From Cenococcum geophilum (taxonomy: Eukaryota), in the NCBI GenBank assembly GCA_050273025.1, contig CP158636.1, positions 4,030,001 to 4,094,000 of the forward strand: DNA of 64,000 nucleotides. Direction: 5' to 3'. A program made the position numbers and the translations under genes. Shown one piece after another: positions 48,901 through 63,649 of the stretch. Position 1 is the stretch's first letter. Each line of letters starts with the position of its first letter. The notes below the pieces were generated by a model that made no database searches, had not been told where the DNA came from, and saw nothing but the letters and a program-made list of their open reading frames with translations.

Positions 48901-51283
48901 CCTTTATAATAGAGACCCTATAGAGAACTACTAGATAGGTCGCAGAGATATTATAAGGAGGCGGCGATCTTAAGGATCTTATAAAATACTTTAACCGTTA
49001 TAGGTTACTCTGGCTTAAGCAATATATAAAGAGTATACTATAGCATCTTAAGCGCTGCGTTAAGGATTTCCTTACCCTCTATTGGCTACTATATAAAACG
49101 GTATAATATACGGTAGCAACTATATAGTAGTAGTTCTTTAATTAACGTCTAATACGGATCCTATCTTAGCCCACGCAGACTACTCCGTCACAGGGGGGAA
49201 AACTTGTAATTTACATGAAGAAAACCCTGCAGTTAGGGGAGGAAAAACCCTATGAGCAGCCTCAGTAGGATAAAAAACCCCGATTTGCCATGTTTGTATA
49301 TAGCAGCGGCCCTACGGGCCTACTGCACGTCCTCCTCCTTAGATGTTTTAAACTCCTTGGGAACCACTGCTTCCTTCTCTAGCTTATTAAAGCTAGGGTT
49401 TACTACGTCCCAGCTAGGCCTTGCTAATCGATTGCTGTATCTTATTATCTCTTTATATCCCATATCTTGCCCATCCCCTATATGCTATCTCTTATGTAAA
49501 CCACTGCCATATACGCCTTGCCTCTCCCCCCCTAAAGCCATCGAAGGTATAAGGGGGATTCATCCGTTCTAACTACCGTAATACTAATAAGCGAGCGGGA
49601 TATTATATTATTTGGGTATCTTTTATACCTAGGCCCTAGCTAGGCCCTCTCTAAGGGTCACTACTCCGTTAAAAGGAGATAGGGAAAACCGTGGGTCGCA
49701 ATCTAAGCTGCTAGGTAGTATTTAGTAGTTGAAAATGGCGAGTGACCGCATGCTCCGCGGGCGACTGCCCTAGGGGTTAGGAGGGGCCGTATATTTACTT
49801 ATTCGTTCGTTCGCTTATACGCTCATTCGTCCGTTAATATAAGGTCGTTAATACTTTCCATTAGGGGCTAGGGGATACTTTTAAAAGCTGTTTATCCACG
49901 TTGGATTCTACAGGTGCTTAGTAGGAGAACTAGTGGCTGTATTATGAAGGGGTACCGTTAGTAGTGGTTTTTGAGATCTCACCATCCCATATAAAAACTT
50001 TTTACTACGCCCCACGACGCACATAACCACTAGGTCCTACTTGCACGCGCTATACAACGTCTCTACGTTGGCTCTAGGTCTGAACTTCGAAGACCTAGGT
50101 TTGTAGCCGTCACCACGTACAGGTGCAGAATCCGTTTTCGACGGCCGGTAGCAACTATATATAAGTAACTACTATAGCGCACGACGCTGCCTATAAGTAT
50201 TTTAAGGGAGCTCCGGGACCTACCTAATAATAATATAGAGGATAAACGCGACCCTAATTTATTAAATATTTTAGCAGGCCTAAGGGATTTACTAAGGGTA
50301 TTTTCGGGTAAAAGAGCTAAAGTCCTATTATAGAACTTAGAGTATAATTATATAATTAATCTAAAAGAAGGTAAATAACTACTAAACCTTCCTATTTACA
50401 ACCTCTCTTATAAAGAGCTTAAGATCCTATAGAAGTACCTTAATAGTTTACTAAAAAAGGGGTGGATTCGGCCTAGTAAGTCGCCAATAGGTATACTAAT
50501 TCTCTTTATCCTAAAACCAGATAAAACTATAAGGCTATACGTAGACTATTACGGTCTTAATAAGATTATAATTAAAAACCGTTACCCACTACTACTAGTT
50601 AGTAAAATACTGGATTAACTATCTAGGGTAAAGATCTTCACAAAGCTAGATCTATAAGACGCCTATTATAGGCTCCGTATTAAAAAAGGGGATAAATAGA
50701 AGACCGCTTTTAAGACCTAATACGGCTACTTTAAGTATTTAGTAATGCCTTTTAGGCTAGCTAATACGCCTATAATATTCTAATTGTATATTTATAGAGC
50801 CTTAAGGGGACTAGTTAACCGCATATACGTTATCTATTTAGATAATATCTTAATCTATTTAGAAGATAAGAATTAACACAAGTAATACATCTGTAAAGTG
50901 CTAGAACGTTTAGATAATTAGGGCCTCTACGCTAAGGCGTTAAAGTATATCTTTAATACTAAGCAGGTTAAGTTTCTAGGTTATATTATAACGCCTATAG
51001 GTATAGTTATGGACCTAGTACGGGTGTAGATAATTTAGGAGTAGCTAAAGCTAGAGAGCTATTAAAATGTTTAAGTATTCCTAGGCTTTACCAATTTCTA
51101 TAGGCGCTTTATTTATAACTACTTAGACGTTACCTAATACCTATTTAACTATATTATAGAAGCTTCCTAAAACCTAACCTAAGGAGCAAAAAGCTTAAAG
51201 GCGGTAAGGAAGAAAACTAAAAAGGGACTAACTAAATAGTATAAGCTATAGTTATGGCCTAGAAAGGTTTAGGAGGCCTTTTA
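48901..51283 (+). mobile_element. Gypsy element A continued (spacer plus reverse transcriptase), interrupted again at 51284
   Basis: From about 50270 it reads PIYNLS..EL..L..YL...LKKGWIRPSKSP.G..ILF..KPD.T.RL.VDY.GLN.I.IKNRYPL, FTKLDL.DAY..LRI..GD..KTAFKT.YG.F.YLVMPF.L.N.P, IYLDNILIY. This sequence is distinct from family B RT. Confidence 0.88.
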
Positions 51284-54200
51284 TATTACGAACGCTTTAA
51301 GTACAATATTATAACTACTTGGAGAAGAGTTAGAAGAAGCTAGTTGGTTAATATAAGCACGGTTTAGAATAGAGCTAATAGAACTATATAACGAGAATAG
51401 TAAGCGGGTTATATAATATTGCACGTAGTATACGCGATATATAAACGAGACGTACGTATAATATATACAACACGTACCTTATATATAAGGAAGATTTCCT
51501 AGGAGTACGGTTATATATTTAAGGACCTTTAATCCCTACCTAGATAGTTCCTTCCTTATAGTAATTCTTAGAATATAATTAGAGTTAATCTATTAGGCAA
51601 CTACTCTACCAGTTATTATTACGTTGTTGACTTCCTATATTACCTATATACCCAGCCTATTAACGAGCCTACTGTAGTTCCTACTATAAGGTTCCGTTAT
51701 ATAATTACTACTAAGGTTATAGTATTAGAAGTTAAACAATATGCTACTAAAAGTAGCTACTATAACGCCGTTAATAGTAGCAACTACTTTAAGGATAAGT
51801 GGAGATATAAGTATACAAGATACTAACTCACAACTAGTTACGGTTAGATAGTTACAGGAAATAGTTAATTAGTTAAACGAAAACAACTAACTACTTAAGG
51901 AAAGACTTAATGGAATTAGAGTAGTAAAGGTTAAGTTACCTTTAATTAAACGATTCTTAGGAGAGAGATTAAAGCTTAAAGGATTCCTTACGCAAATGTA
52001 TTTTAAAGTTATATAAGAAGGGGCTAAGTTAGCCACGTTAATAGATTAAATAGCCTACATAGGACTGTTCTTAACAGGAAAGGCGCTTAAATGGTTTAAA
52101 CCCTACTTAACGGAAATATAGGCTAATAGAATAACTACTACCAATTAAGATATACGGTTTATATTTTCTAGCTAGGTAGGATTCGCGGAGCAATTAATAT
52201 AGATATTTAGGGACCTAGAAGCAACAGTTATAGTAAAAAAAAAAAGCTTTAGAACCTAATACAGCGAACTTTAATAATTAAGTATATAACATAGTTTTAA
52301 ATACTTACTATATAGGTCGAATAGAACGATAGGGCGCTTATAGTATAGTATAAATAGAGACTTAAGGCTAAAGTCTAGGACGTAATTATTCTAATAAAAG
52401 ATGCGGATACCCTTAGGGAATTAATAGATTAAGTAATTAAGATTAATAATAGGATCTTTTAAAGGGAACAGGCTAAGAGAGGCTAGGATAGAGTTCTATA
52501 GTTATATAAGGCGTAGAGTATATAATAACCAAAGCTAAATTAGAAACTATAGTACGGCGCAGAGCTAATAAACCTAAGTGGTATTAAAGAAACCTAAAGG
52601 AAATAGGGAAAGCAACTATAAAAACCTAGAAGTTAAGGATTAAGTAATTATAGGACTAAGGAGCATAGGCTAAACTAAGGATTTTAATAGCAGAAGACGT
52701 TTAAGCGGACTTTATAGTAAAAGCAATGGTTTAAAAATAGAGCTTATATAAATTGCGGAAAACAGAGTTATTTTACTAAAGACTATAAAAGTAGTTAGAG
52801 TTACTATATAGTAAAGGGAACTAGACTAATAGTATATAATATATACGTATAAAGGGATAATAGTGTACTATAAGGAATAAAAGAATATTTAATTAAAAGT
52901 TTTGCGTTTTGTTATAATAACGTATACTAAATTTATAAAGACGCCAAGTATAGTATAAGCTATTGGCTATAAGAGTTAGAGTTAAGAGGACTTAAAGAAA
53001 CTAAAGAGTTAGATAAAGAATAAGATTAACTCTATAAGCTAGATTAAGATATTATAGTAATATACGGATAAAGATTAGCAACAATAATAATAGAGATAGA
53101 GTACTTATTAATTAATAGCGATAAGGATAAAAAAGGAACTAACTAGGGGTATTTAAACCTTAATAACGTAATAGAAGTAGAGACTAAAACCGCTATAAAG
53201 TAAAGTTTAGTAACGGGTATTATAACACTATTAGATATAGTATTTATTACTTTATAAAACGGAAGGAGCAGTATTTAAAGATAATTAAGTAAGTAGACAA
53301 CTGCTAGTGCTAGCTTACCACTTAATAAAGGTAAAATGCTAAAGGTTTAAGATTCTTAAGACAAGATAAGAGATAATTAAGATTCTTAAAACGAGATAAG
53401 ATATGCTCAGGGACCCACAATAGACAATAACTAATAGAGTAGAGTAATAGCTTAGTTTAGTAATATATAAATAAGCTTAGGACAAAGTTTCCTAAAGGCA
53501 TAAGACTCTTAAGACGAGATAAGTAAAATTTAAGACTTTTAAAACAAGATAAGAATACTAGTAAAGCCTAGTTAGACTAAGGCTAGAGTATAGCTTAAGA
53601 AAGAAGTAAGCTTAGGATTAAAGAATCTAAGGGACTAAGAATTTAGAGTATAAATAAAGACACCTATAAGTAAGAGGTAAGAGGCTTCTTTATAGATTAG
53701 AGAATCTATAGCGTAAATAGTAATTAGATTAGGAGATAAATATATAAACCTAAAAGACTTACTAGTAGAATATAGCGTTTAAACTAAAAATAAAAAAGCT
53801 AATACCATAATTAAGAAGTAAGAAAACTTTAAGGATTTAATTACGAGACGTAAATAATAAGAAACTATAAACGAATTTAGAGCACAAATCCTTATATAGG
53901 AAGAATAGAAACTAGATATAGGATTTAGTATACTAGGTTATATATAAGATAGAGCACTAATATAAAAAATCACTAATAGGCCAAAAGTAGGCACGCTAAG
54001 AGCTAAGTGGCTTACTAAACTAAAAAATAAAGAGGATCTAGGAATTCTAACTAGGTTTAAGGAATAGTATATAAAAGGCTATTACAATGCAGTAATAAGA
54101 AGATACTTTCTTACAGATAGGCCGTATATACTTTAGTAGCTGTACTAAAAGTGGTATAGACAAAGACATAATAATAAGTAGGAAGATTTCTATATATAGT

Positions 54201-57200
54201 TAGATAAGAGAGTTATTTAAAACCACCTAATAACGGAAAAAGTAATAAATTATATTAAGGGAGCCTTAATTATAATATCTAAGGATCTAGAGGAATAATT
54301 AAAGGACTAAAGGAGCGAGAGATATATCTTTATACCTATAAACAAAGTCATAATATTTAAAATAGCGCGATAAAGGTTTAAACTTAAAGATAAGGATGAG
54401 TTAAAAGTTAACCTAAAGCACCTAGCGCACCATACGCTATTATAGATTGTATGTGTGGATAATATATGCAAAATACACAAAAATCTAAATAAAAAAAAGA
54501 ATTAGAAATACCCTATAAGGATATATTAGGCGCTAGATAAGCAATAGTATAAAAATGCTGAGTATATACACGGCTGGCATCTAGTAGAAGTTTAAGAGTT
54601 AGGAGACTTAATACTTTAATTAGAAAGATTCCTTACGGAAAAATACTTAGACGGATAATAGTAGTGGGAATACCTAGAAAATACGTATCTATAGTATATT
54701 AAGGATAAAAAGCGAATAAAGTATTAGCTAAAAAATAAGTTAAGTATAATAGGATCTAATAGCTAATAGTTAGGAAAAGTAGAGGCTTACGGGACTAAAG
54801 GGAGCTAGTAGTAGAGCCTTAAACCATTAAAGGAATTTAAGGACAGTACCTAAATTTATAAATTAAATAGCAAGATTAACAGTTTAAAGCATTAGTAGAT
54901 AGTGGGGTAATAAGAAACTATATTTTACTAGTAATAGTTAAAAAAAAATAGGGCTATCGTATAGATAAAAGGAGCACCCTTATTTATTAGTTATAATTTT
55001 AGGAGATCTAATAGCCTATAGAGGAGGCATTATTAATCTCAAAATAAGACCTATTTAGATAACTATCAAAGGAAAATAAGTTAAGATGTCTTTTAATATA
55101 TTACTATTAGGAAATAATAAGGCAGTATTAAGAATACCTTAGTTATAAGAATATAATCTAAGAATTAATTAGATTATAGGCTAGGTTAATATTAGAGATA
55201 CTTAACGCCGTAAGATGTAATAACAAGCTAAGATAGTATAGTACTAAGTAAGGGCAACCTATAAAGAAATAGAAAAAGGACTAAGTTATATACTAAAGAG
55301 ATACCGTAAATATAGTAAGAAACTATAGTTACTAGAAAGTAAAAAGCTGTTAGAGTATATAGTATAGGACTATAAAATAGAATTAAAACTAGAAATAAGT
55401 TTAAGGTTCTTTCTAATTTATAAGCTTACTAAAGAAGAAGGGAGAGTACTAAAAGAGTTTATCTAGGAGAACTTATAAAAGGGATATATTAGACTATTAT
55501 AGTTATTAGCGGGATATCTAGTACTATTCGTACTAAAAAAAAAGGAAAACTTAGACTATATATTAACTATAAATAGTTAAACAGCATTACTAGAAAGGAT
55601 AGGTATCTTTTACCCTTAATTAGCGAAATCTAAGATAGGATCGGTAATGCGTAAATCTTTATAAAGATAGATCTAAGATAGGCGTACTATTAGATTAAAA
55701 TTAAGGAAGGTAATAAATAGAAAGCAGCCTTTAGGTTAAAGGAAGGACTATATAAGCTATTAGTAATACAGTTTTGGCTTATAAACGCACTAGTAACGTT
55801 TTAGAAATGTATTAACAATGTATTAAGGGAATACTTAAATGAATTTGTTATAGTATACCTTAATAATAATATTATCTACTTAATAAGTAAGAAAGAACAC
55901 AAAGAACACATTAAATAGGTCTTAGAGAGACTATAAGAAAAACAGATACTAATAGTAATTAAAAAATACAAGTTCTTTACTAGGAAGATAGATTTTATTA
56001 GATTTATTATTAAACTAGGCTAACTTAGTATAGATCTAAAGAAGATTAAGGCTATAGTAAATTAGTAAGAACTAGAGAATATTACGCAGTTAAGGTCGTT
56101 TTTAGGGGTTTGTAATTACTGTAAAAGGTTTATAGCTTAATAGTTTGTCGGGAATGAGGCAAGCGGTCATCACGTGTCGTTACGTGTCGCCGCGGCACTA
56201 GCGTGATGAGGAACCTTAGGTTCCTCACCTACCCCCTAATTCTAAACAATAAGCTTTATAACTAACATTCACTATGTCTACTTAAGTAGCATTAGTGAGT
56301 TACCCTGTGACACTAACACTGATTAGTGGTTGAATATATAGTTAACTATAGAGCAGCTAGGTTATTGACAGAAGAGACAGTCTCGTATAGGGGTGCTATA
56401 TGCGCTTATATAGAATGGATCCTGGCGATACTGTGCTACCTTAAACTTGCGGAAAACTAGTAATAGAAGGGTTACTAAGTACTAGGAGATACTAAGTTGC
56501 GTCTATTATATAGAACAATTACGTTTACAAAGATTTAGTTAAGTACTTTAGGTCAGAAGTGTTACTAAACCTAAGGTCCTAAGTTAACGTCCGAAACGCG
56601 TTAAACAACATCTTAAATTGCCTACCTTTGGATAGCAAACCTATGAGATCCTATAAAACCGAAAATCCTGCCTACCTTTGATGTATAACACCTCGTCGAT
56701 TCTACCTACTATGGTATTAACCTATCCGAAGAAGTATGAGAAAGATATTAACCCGGAGATATAGGATAGAGCCGTAACTAACTTTATAACCGCTAAGCAA
56801 TAGGACCTAAATAGATTCTTAGTATACTGTATAGAATACTATAAAGATAGCGAATATGATAATACCGCGCTATAGTATTATATAAAGGAGGACTTTATTA
56901 GATGGATAAAGGAAATATGGGTTCCTATAAATAAAGATATTGTATAGGACTTCCGTAACTTCCTTTGGGAGTATAGAGTATTTGTCCCTATAGATAGGGG
57001 TAGTATTAGGGACAATATTTAGGAATACGTTATTAATGTAAAGGAAGAGCATGAATGGACTCTATAAGAGATTAAGCACTAACTACGCACTATAAAGAAG
57101 CTTAAATTACGATGGAACCTAAGTAATATACCACTAGAGACGCGTTCTAACTCTATCGCTCTAGGCATAAGTTCTAACATTTTATATCTATCGCCTCTAC

Positions 57201-60200
57201 CTCTGTCTTTAACTCCCCTGTATTAACTAGCTTAACCCGCAGCCTTAATTAATAACCCCTAATAAGCGTAAGATCCCCTTGCTTCGCAGTCTAATAACCT
57301 TTAAACTCCGCCGACTAGATTTATGTTACTATTATAGCCTGCAATGCAATATAGCCAAACACTAATTAGAGGCACCTTAAAAATGCTTACAGAGCTTATA
57401 AAGCTCTATTTAGAATAGGAGAAGAAGTTTGGCGGAGAACTGTATAATATCCTTAATTTAAAGTTACGTATCTTCTATAACTGTTGCTAGAAGGTTAGAC
57501 TAGAACCTAATTAATACTATATTACTTATTTAGTTATGCTTAAGGGCCGAGCTAGTACCTTCTATTATGATCGTTTGGTAGGAAAAGGATATGATTTTAA
57601 CTGAATAATATATAAAATAAGATGCTACTTTAAAATAGAGGAGAATAAGCAGCAGTATATATTAGAGTGGAGAGAGACTACCTTTTTAAGAATTATTGCT
57701 ATAAACCTAGGTGCCTCTTAACTTGATTGTCTTTAAAAGCTCTTTAATTAACTTTAGATAATTTAGCGTGGTTTATCCAAATTATATTAAGAGGACTTTA
57801 GCCTACGTAATTAAGTTATTAGCGTATACTAAGGTGTTAAAGAATATAACCTTACTTTCTTTAACCCTGTAAGTACTTATAAAGGAGTATATACTTAATT
57901 AAGATCCTTTATTAGCACCGCCCTACGCTCTTAAGAAGTATAGTAATTTAATGCCTAACTTTAACCTACTTCGATCGACCCAGCTGACTAATATAATTAT
58001 AACTGGACTAATTGAATATATGGTGGTCGTGGTAGGGGATATAGTAGAGGGTATAATTAATGTTAACTATAAAGCAATTATGGAGGTCCTCGTGGAGGTT
58101 TATTTTGCAATAATTAGTAGAAGAAATACTACGTTTATAAGAAGCCAAATTGCTAGTTAACTAGACACCCCCTTAATAGATAAAAGGAGGTATATAATAA
58201 GTTTCGCTAGAGCGCACGAAACGTTAGAAACTAAGAAGTTACTATAGCCTACTTCTAAAGCTTTCTGGTTTAATATAAAGGCAAAGAAGATCTTAAGGGT
58301 GAGATTAATGAGGCTAAATAGCTCCTTATAGATATAGAAATTGAGGACTACTTTCCTAACCAATACTTTACTAAGTATGGTAAGGTAAATAGCGCACAAA
58401 CCGTTACTGTCCTTAATGACTAATTTACGCTCTATTCTGTTATAAGGTTAGATATCTTTAATAAGCTAAAGGAAAGTTCCGCGTTCTCCTTTAATAACAG
58501 ATACTTAGTGAACATCTTTTATAGTATTATGCTAGATACTAGAGCTGCAGGAGTATCTATAGTAGGAGAACCTTAAGTCCGAGCTCTTTAGCAGCTTAAT
58601 AGTTCTGTTTAGATTAACTAATTAATGGCAGGCCAATATACAATTTGCTTTAGTAAGGGTACTATAATCTCTCTTAGTATAATTAAGGTCTAAACCCCGT
58701 TAGGATATATTACTTTCCACATTATTCCTATAAATACCCTATTCCTATTCTGCATCTAAGATATAGATAAATTAGGCGTTAAGCTTAACAACCTTAAGAA
58801 TATGCTTATTTAGGGAGATAATCGGGTGCCTGTTGTACGCAAGTAGGGTTACCCTTAGTTGCTCCTTTAATAGCTAGAAAGGAGCGTTGCTTAGAGTTAC
58901 TTAACTAAGTTAGAGCTACGTTAACTATATCGTCGTTTTAGCTACCTATCCGTTTACTAACTGCTTAGGGTTCTTTAACGAGTAGGTTATAAAGTTAAGG
59001 TTAAGGCAATTAAACATTTTATAAAGTACTGCTATTACTACTAAATAAACTAGAAGTCCCCTAGCCGATTTAAGTTTACCCTTAAAGACGACTACGACTT
59101 TAACTTCTATATTATTATAGATGTTATATATCTTAGCGGTAAGCCAGTACTCTAAGTTATTAACTTCTTAACCTCCTTCTAAGCCGCACGCTTTTTAAAA
59201 GATATATTAGCTAGGAATATATAGGATACTTTTTAATTATATTAGATTAATGTCTACCTAGGACCCCCTAATTAAATCGTTCACGATATAGGAAAAAACT
59301 TCTTATCTGTGGAGTTTTAATAATAGGTAAAGGCAATAATAATTAAGGTTAAGGAAGTCCCCGTTAAGGTATATAATAGTATTAGAAAGGTAGAATAATA
59401 CTATACGCTATTATGCCGCGTATATAAGATTATTTCTTTAGAACTAAAGGGTACTAGTAAAGAGCTTATCCTATAAATGGCTGTTAAGGCTATTAATGAT
59501 ACCGCTGGCCTAGATGGGCTCGTACCTACGTTATTAGTCTTTAGCGCCTACCCTTAAATAACTAACGATTCTCTACTATCTCCCTCCATTGTATAATGAG
59601 CTAAGGCAATTCGTAAGGCAACGAAGGAGGTATAACGTCTTTACGCTACGCGCTAGGTCAACAACGTACTAGGAATGAGAAATGGCCTAAATACCTTAAC
59701 TACGCTCGATCTGCCACTCTAATCTAAGGTACGCGTATGGCGTAAAATGGGAGGATGGTCAGGCCTATATAAACTTATTATAATTAATGGTTAGACTTAT
59801 ACTCTTTAGATGCCCTATAGACCTACTTAATTCCGTTTAACTGTTATTAAGCCTTACTATAAAGATAACAGTTCTAAGCCTTTATAGGATACCCTAGAAG
59901 ATACCCTAGGAGATGCCCTAGAGAAGAACCACGATTAACGTGCCCTAGAAGGCGACTACGACCCCGATATAACTGTAGTAGATACGCCGTAACCATAACG
60001 CGGTAAAGGTCGCCTAAAGGGATTATAAAACCGCTAATACCTTGTTAATTTCGAAGAGTAACTTATTACCGCCATTAAGAATAGAGTTAAGCTATTAATG
60101 GCCTTTATAACAGCTAAAGAGAAGGCTAACTTTAAGCTCGCAAAATAGCTCTAAAAGGAAGGCCGTATTATAACTTTAGGAGCTCCTTTCTAAGCATCTG

Positions 60201-63200
60201 ATAAGCAGGAGATTGACGGTCTTATTATAAGAGGAGTCTTTAAGTTTAAGAAGTATGACTCTGCTAAGTTTAATGGGGTTCGCATATTTAGGTTAAGAAT
60301 GGTTAATAAGATTAAAGGTAAAGCTACCGATACCCTATTTAAGAAGTTAAGGCTGGTTATTTAAGGTTATAATGACGACGGTAAGGAAGTAATTCTTATG
60401 TAATCCCCTATAATTTAACGAGCTAGTTAGCGAGTTATTGTTGCGCTAGCTCCCTCCTTAATAAAGAATAGAATAGTGGTTTATTTGCGAGATATTACCT
60501 AGGCCTATACCTAATTAGAGATACGCCTTTAGCGCTTAATACTGGCATACCTTCTAGAGTAAATTCGCCACTAATATCCCGAAGATACGATTATGGTTAT
60601 GCTTAAGCCACTATATAGAATCGTAGAGGTAGGAACTTATTGGTGGGCTACTTATAGCAAGTACTATAAAGAGAAGCTTTTAATAACTACTTCTATATTT
60701 GATCCCTGCTTCCTTATTATAGCTACAGGAACTCTATTTGGAATTGTCGGCATATAAACAGACAATATAATTATCTTAGGAGACGACTAATTCTTAGCTC
60801 TTAAAGAAGATAAGCTAGTAAAGGTAAACCTTATAGCAAAGCCAAAGGAAAGACTTAATTTAATAACACTATTACTCTTTAATGGATGTATTATTTCCCT
60901 AAATAAGGATTCCATTGCCCTACGCCAGAAAGGTTAAGGTAAGAAGATTAACGTTATTAACGTTAATTCTTTAAAGCAAGGATATATAGAGTAACGTGCT
61001 TACGGAGCTTATATAGCTTCTATCTGTTAACCTAAAGCTTTCTTTAATCTTTCTATTGCCGCCTAATACCAGGAACTAACTAAGGATGATGTTTTTAACC
61101 TAAATAAGCGTCTTTCCTGGCAAATAAACTATCTCGATTAGGGACTACTCTATATGCCTATTAATCTTCCTACCGCTAAGCTATTTATGTTTGTTAATGG
61201 ATCGTTCGTAAATAATAAAGATTTTAGCTCCTAGCTAGGATATAAGATTATTATAGCGAACGAATCTATTAGAGAGAATAACTTCACGATCTACGGTAAT
61301 CTTATTTATTGGAGCTTAACTAAGAGTAAACGCGTTACTTAAAGCGTTCTAGCGTTAGAGATATATGGAATAGTTAGTGGAGTTAATATAGCAATTGCAA
61401 TTAGAACTACCCTTAAGATAATTATAGATCGACTTAAACTTCCTATTATCCCTATAATTATATACACCGACTTATATTCCCTCTACGAGTGTTTAGTTAA
61501 GCTTAGTACCATAAAGGAGAAGCGCCTTATGATTGATATTATAGCACTTTAGTAGTCCTACGAGCGTTAAGAACTCTTTAAGATCTAATAGATTAATGGC
61601 TAAGATAACCTAGTAGATGTGATGACGAAGGCAAACCTAAATAAGGCACTAGAGACGTTTATTAATATAAATACTCTATATATACGAGTTAAAGGTTAGG
61701 TTAAGAGGGAAATTTAGAGAAGTTAAGATCTTATGGAACTTTAACCGCCAGTTAAAGTTGCCTAATTGGTTAGATTTTTACTAAGAGCGCTATACCTAAT
61801 CAATTTAGGTGGCGGTGTAGAGTTCTGCTAACGCTATTTGTTAAGCTGGCTAATTAGGATTTTCTATCCCCGTGATAGAAAATTGCCATTAGCTTGGCTA
61901 AGAGCGGTAAGCGGAACTAACATCTTTGTATGAACCCGTATATCTACCTATGCTACCTCTTCCCCTTTATTTCTTCTTCTTTTTTTCCTTAGCTTTGTAT
62001 CTTTATATAGTAGCAATCTATAAGTGTATATAGATGGTAACTATAAAAGAAGAGTTGCTAGTGTTGGGAATAAGGCAAGCGGTCGTCACGTGTCGTCACG
62101 TGTCGCCGCGGCACTAGCGTGGTAAGGAACCTTAGGTTCCTTACCTACCCCCTAATTCTAAACAATAAGCTTTATAACTAACATTTACTGTATCTACTCG
62201 AGTAGCATTGGTGAGTTACCCTGTAACACTAACATAGTTAAAGAATATTAAGCTATTTATAAGGTTAATAAAGAAAGAAGAACCTTAGGTATAGGGAGAC
62301 GAATAAAGGAAACTATTTAAGGAGGTTAAAGAGTTATTTACTTAAGACCTAATCCTTAAAATCTACTAACTAAAGCTAGAGACAGTGGTTAAAATAAATA
62401 TATTAAACGTTATACTAGGGGCGTGCTTTCTATAGAAATATAAGGATAGATAGCACCTAGTAGCATACTATAGTTGGAAGATAATACTATTAGAACTAAA
62501 CTATAACATCTATAATAAGGAGTTATTAGATATAGTTATAGCACTTTAGGAATAAAGAGTATTCTTATAAGGTATAGAAAAACTATTTATAGTTAAAATA
62601 GATTATAAGAACCTAATAGGGTTCCTAATAATAAAAGAACCTAATTAAAGATAAGTTAAATAGGTAAAGATACTTATAGAATACTATTTTAAAATTTAGT
62701 ATACTAAGGGAACAGATAATGCACGAGTAAATACTCTAAGTAGAAAGGCTAAACTATAAAATAATAAAAAGCTATTAGGGGCTTTACTACAAAAAGACAT
62801 AGACGGATTAATTAGATATAATTATCCGAAGATTGCAGTAATAAGAGAAAGCAATTAAATCTATAAATTACTAGAGAGTAATTAGATATAAAAGATCTAA
62901 GATATATAAGTAGAGAATCTAAACTCTAAGTAGTATAAGAATAAAAAAGTAATATATATGTTAAGAAACATTATAAAAGAATTTATTAAGTTATTTTATA
63001 AGGGACTAACTTAAGGATATAATGGAGCTATGGGCTTAGTATTAAGACTCTAAAAGGAATATATTATTAATAGAATCTAGGGACTAGTAAGATAGGTTAT
63101 AAAGAAATATCTAAATTACTAAAAAAATAAACTAATAAGGCATAAGCTATATAGAGAGCTATAACCTATTAAAATACCGGAAAGACTATAGGAGGTTATA

Positions 63201-63649
63201 TTATAGGACTTTATTATAAAGTTGTTAAAATTAAAAGATTCTATTACCGGATAAGATTATAATGTAATCTTAGTAATAGTAGATAAGCTAATAAAGTGGG
63301 GATACTTTATAGTATATATAGAAGAAATCTTAGCGGAAGATGTCGCTAGAATCTATATTAAAGAAGTATTTATAAGGCATAGAGTACTAAGTAAAATTAT
63401 ATTAGATAGAGATTTAAGATTTATAGTAGTATTTTAGGAGGTATTCTTAGCGGAATAAGGAGTTTAAGTAGTAACTTCTACTATATATTATCTGCAGATA
63501 GATAGTTAAACGGAAAGATTAAATTAGACACTAGAGCAGTATCTAAGACATTATATTAATTATATATAGAATAATTAGGTATTATTATTATTACTAGTTA
63601 TATAATTTGCATATAATACAACACCTTAAGAAAGAATAGGAATATTATT
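51284..63649 (+). mobile_element. Chromovirus gypsy element B, copy 3 (5' LTR 51284-51701; 3' end lies beyond the window)
   Basis: LTR, gag and pol are collinear with copies 1 and 2. It is interrupted by a copia at 56146-62234 and by another LTR element at 63650. Confidence 0.92.
56146..62234 (+). mobile_element. Full-length Ty1/copia element (6.1 kb), RIP-degraded
   Basis: 173-bp LTRs at 56146-56318 and 62062-62234, with 5-bp TSD TAGTT. Domain order is gag/knuckle (C.VC.KPNCWSTRH de-RIP), protease (IM.DTGAAGVS), integrase (LHRRFGHPS; AVKAINDTAGPDGLVPTLLVFGAYP), RT (KSRLVIQGYND; KPLYGI.EAG) and RNase H (FVDGSF.NN.D.SSQLG), which is the copia order. Confidence 0.93.
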
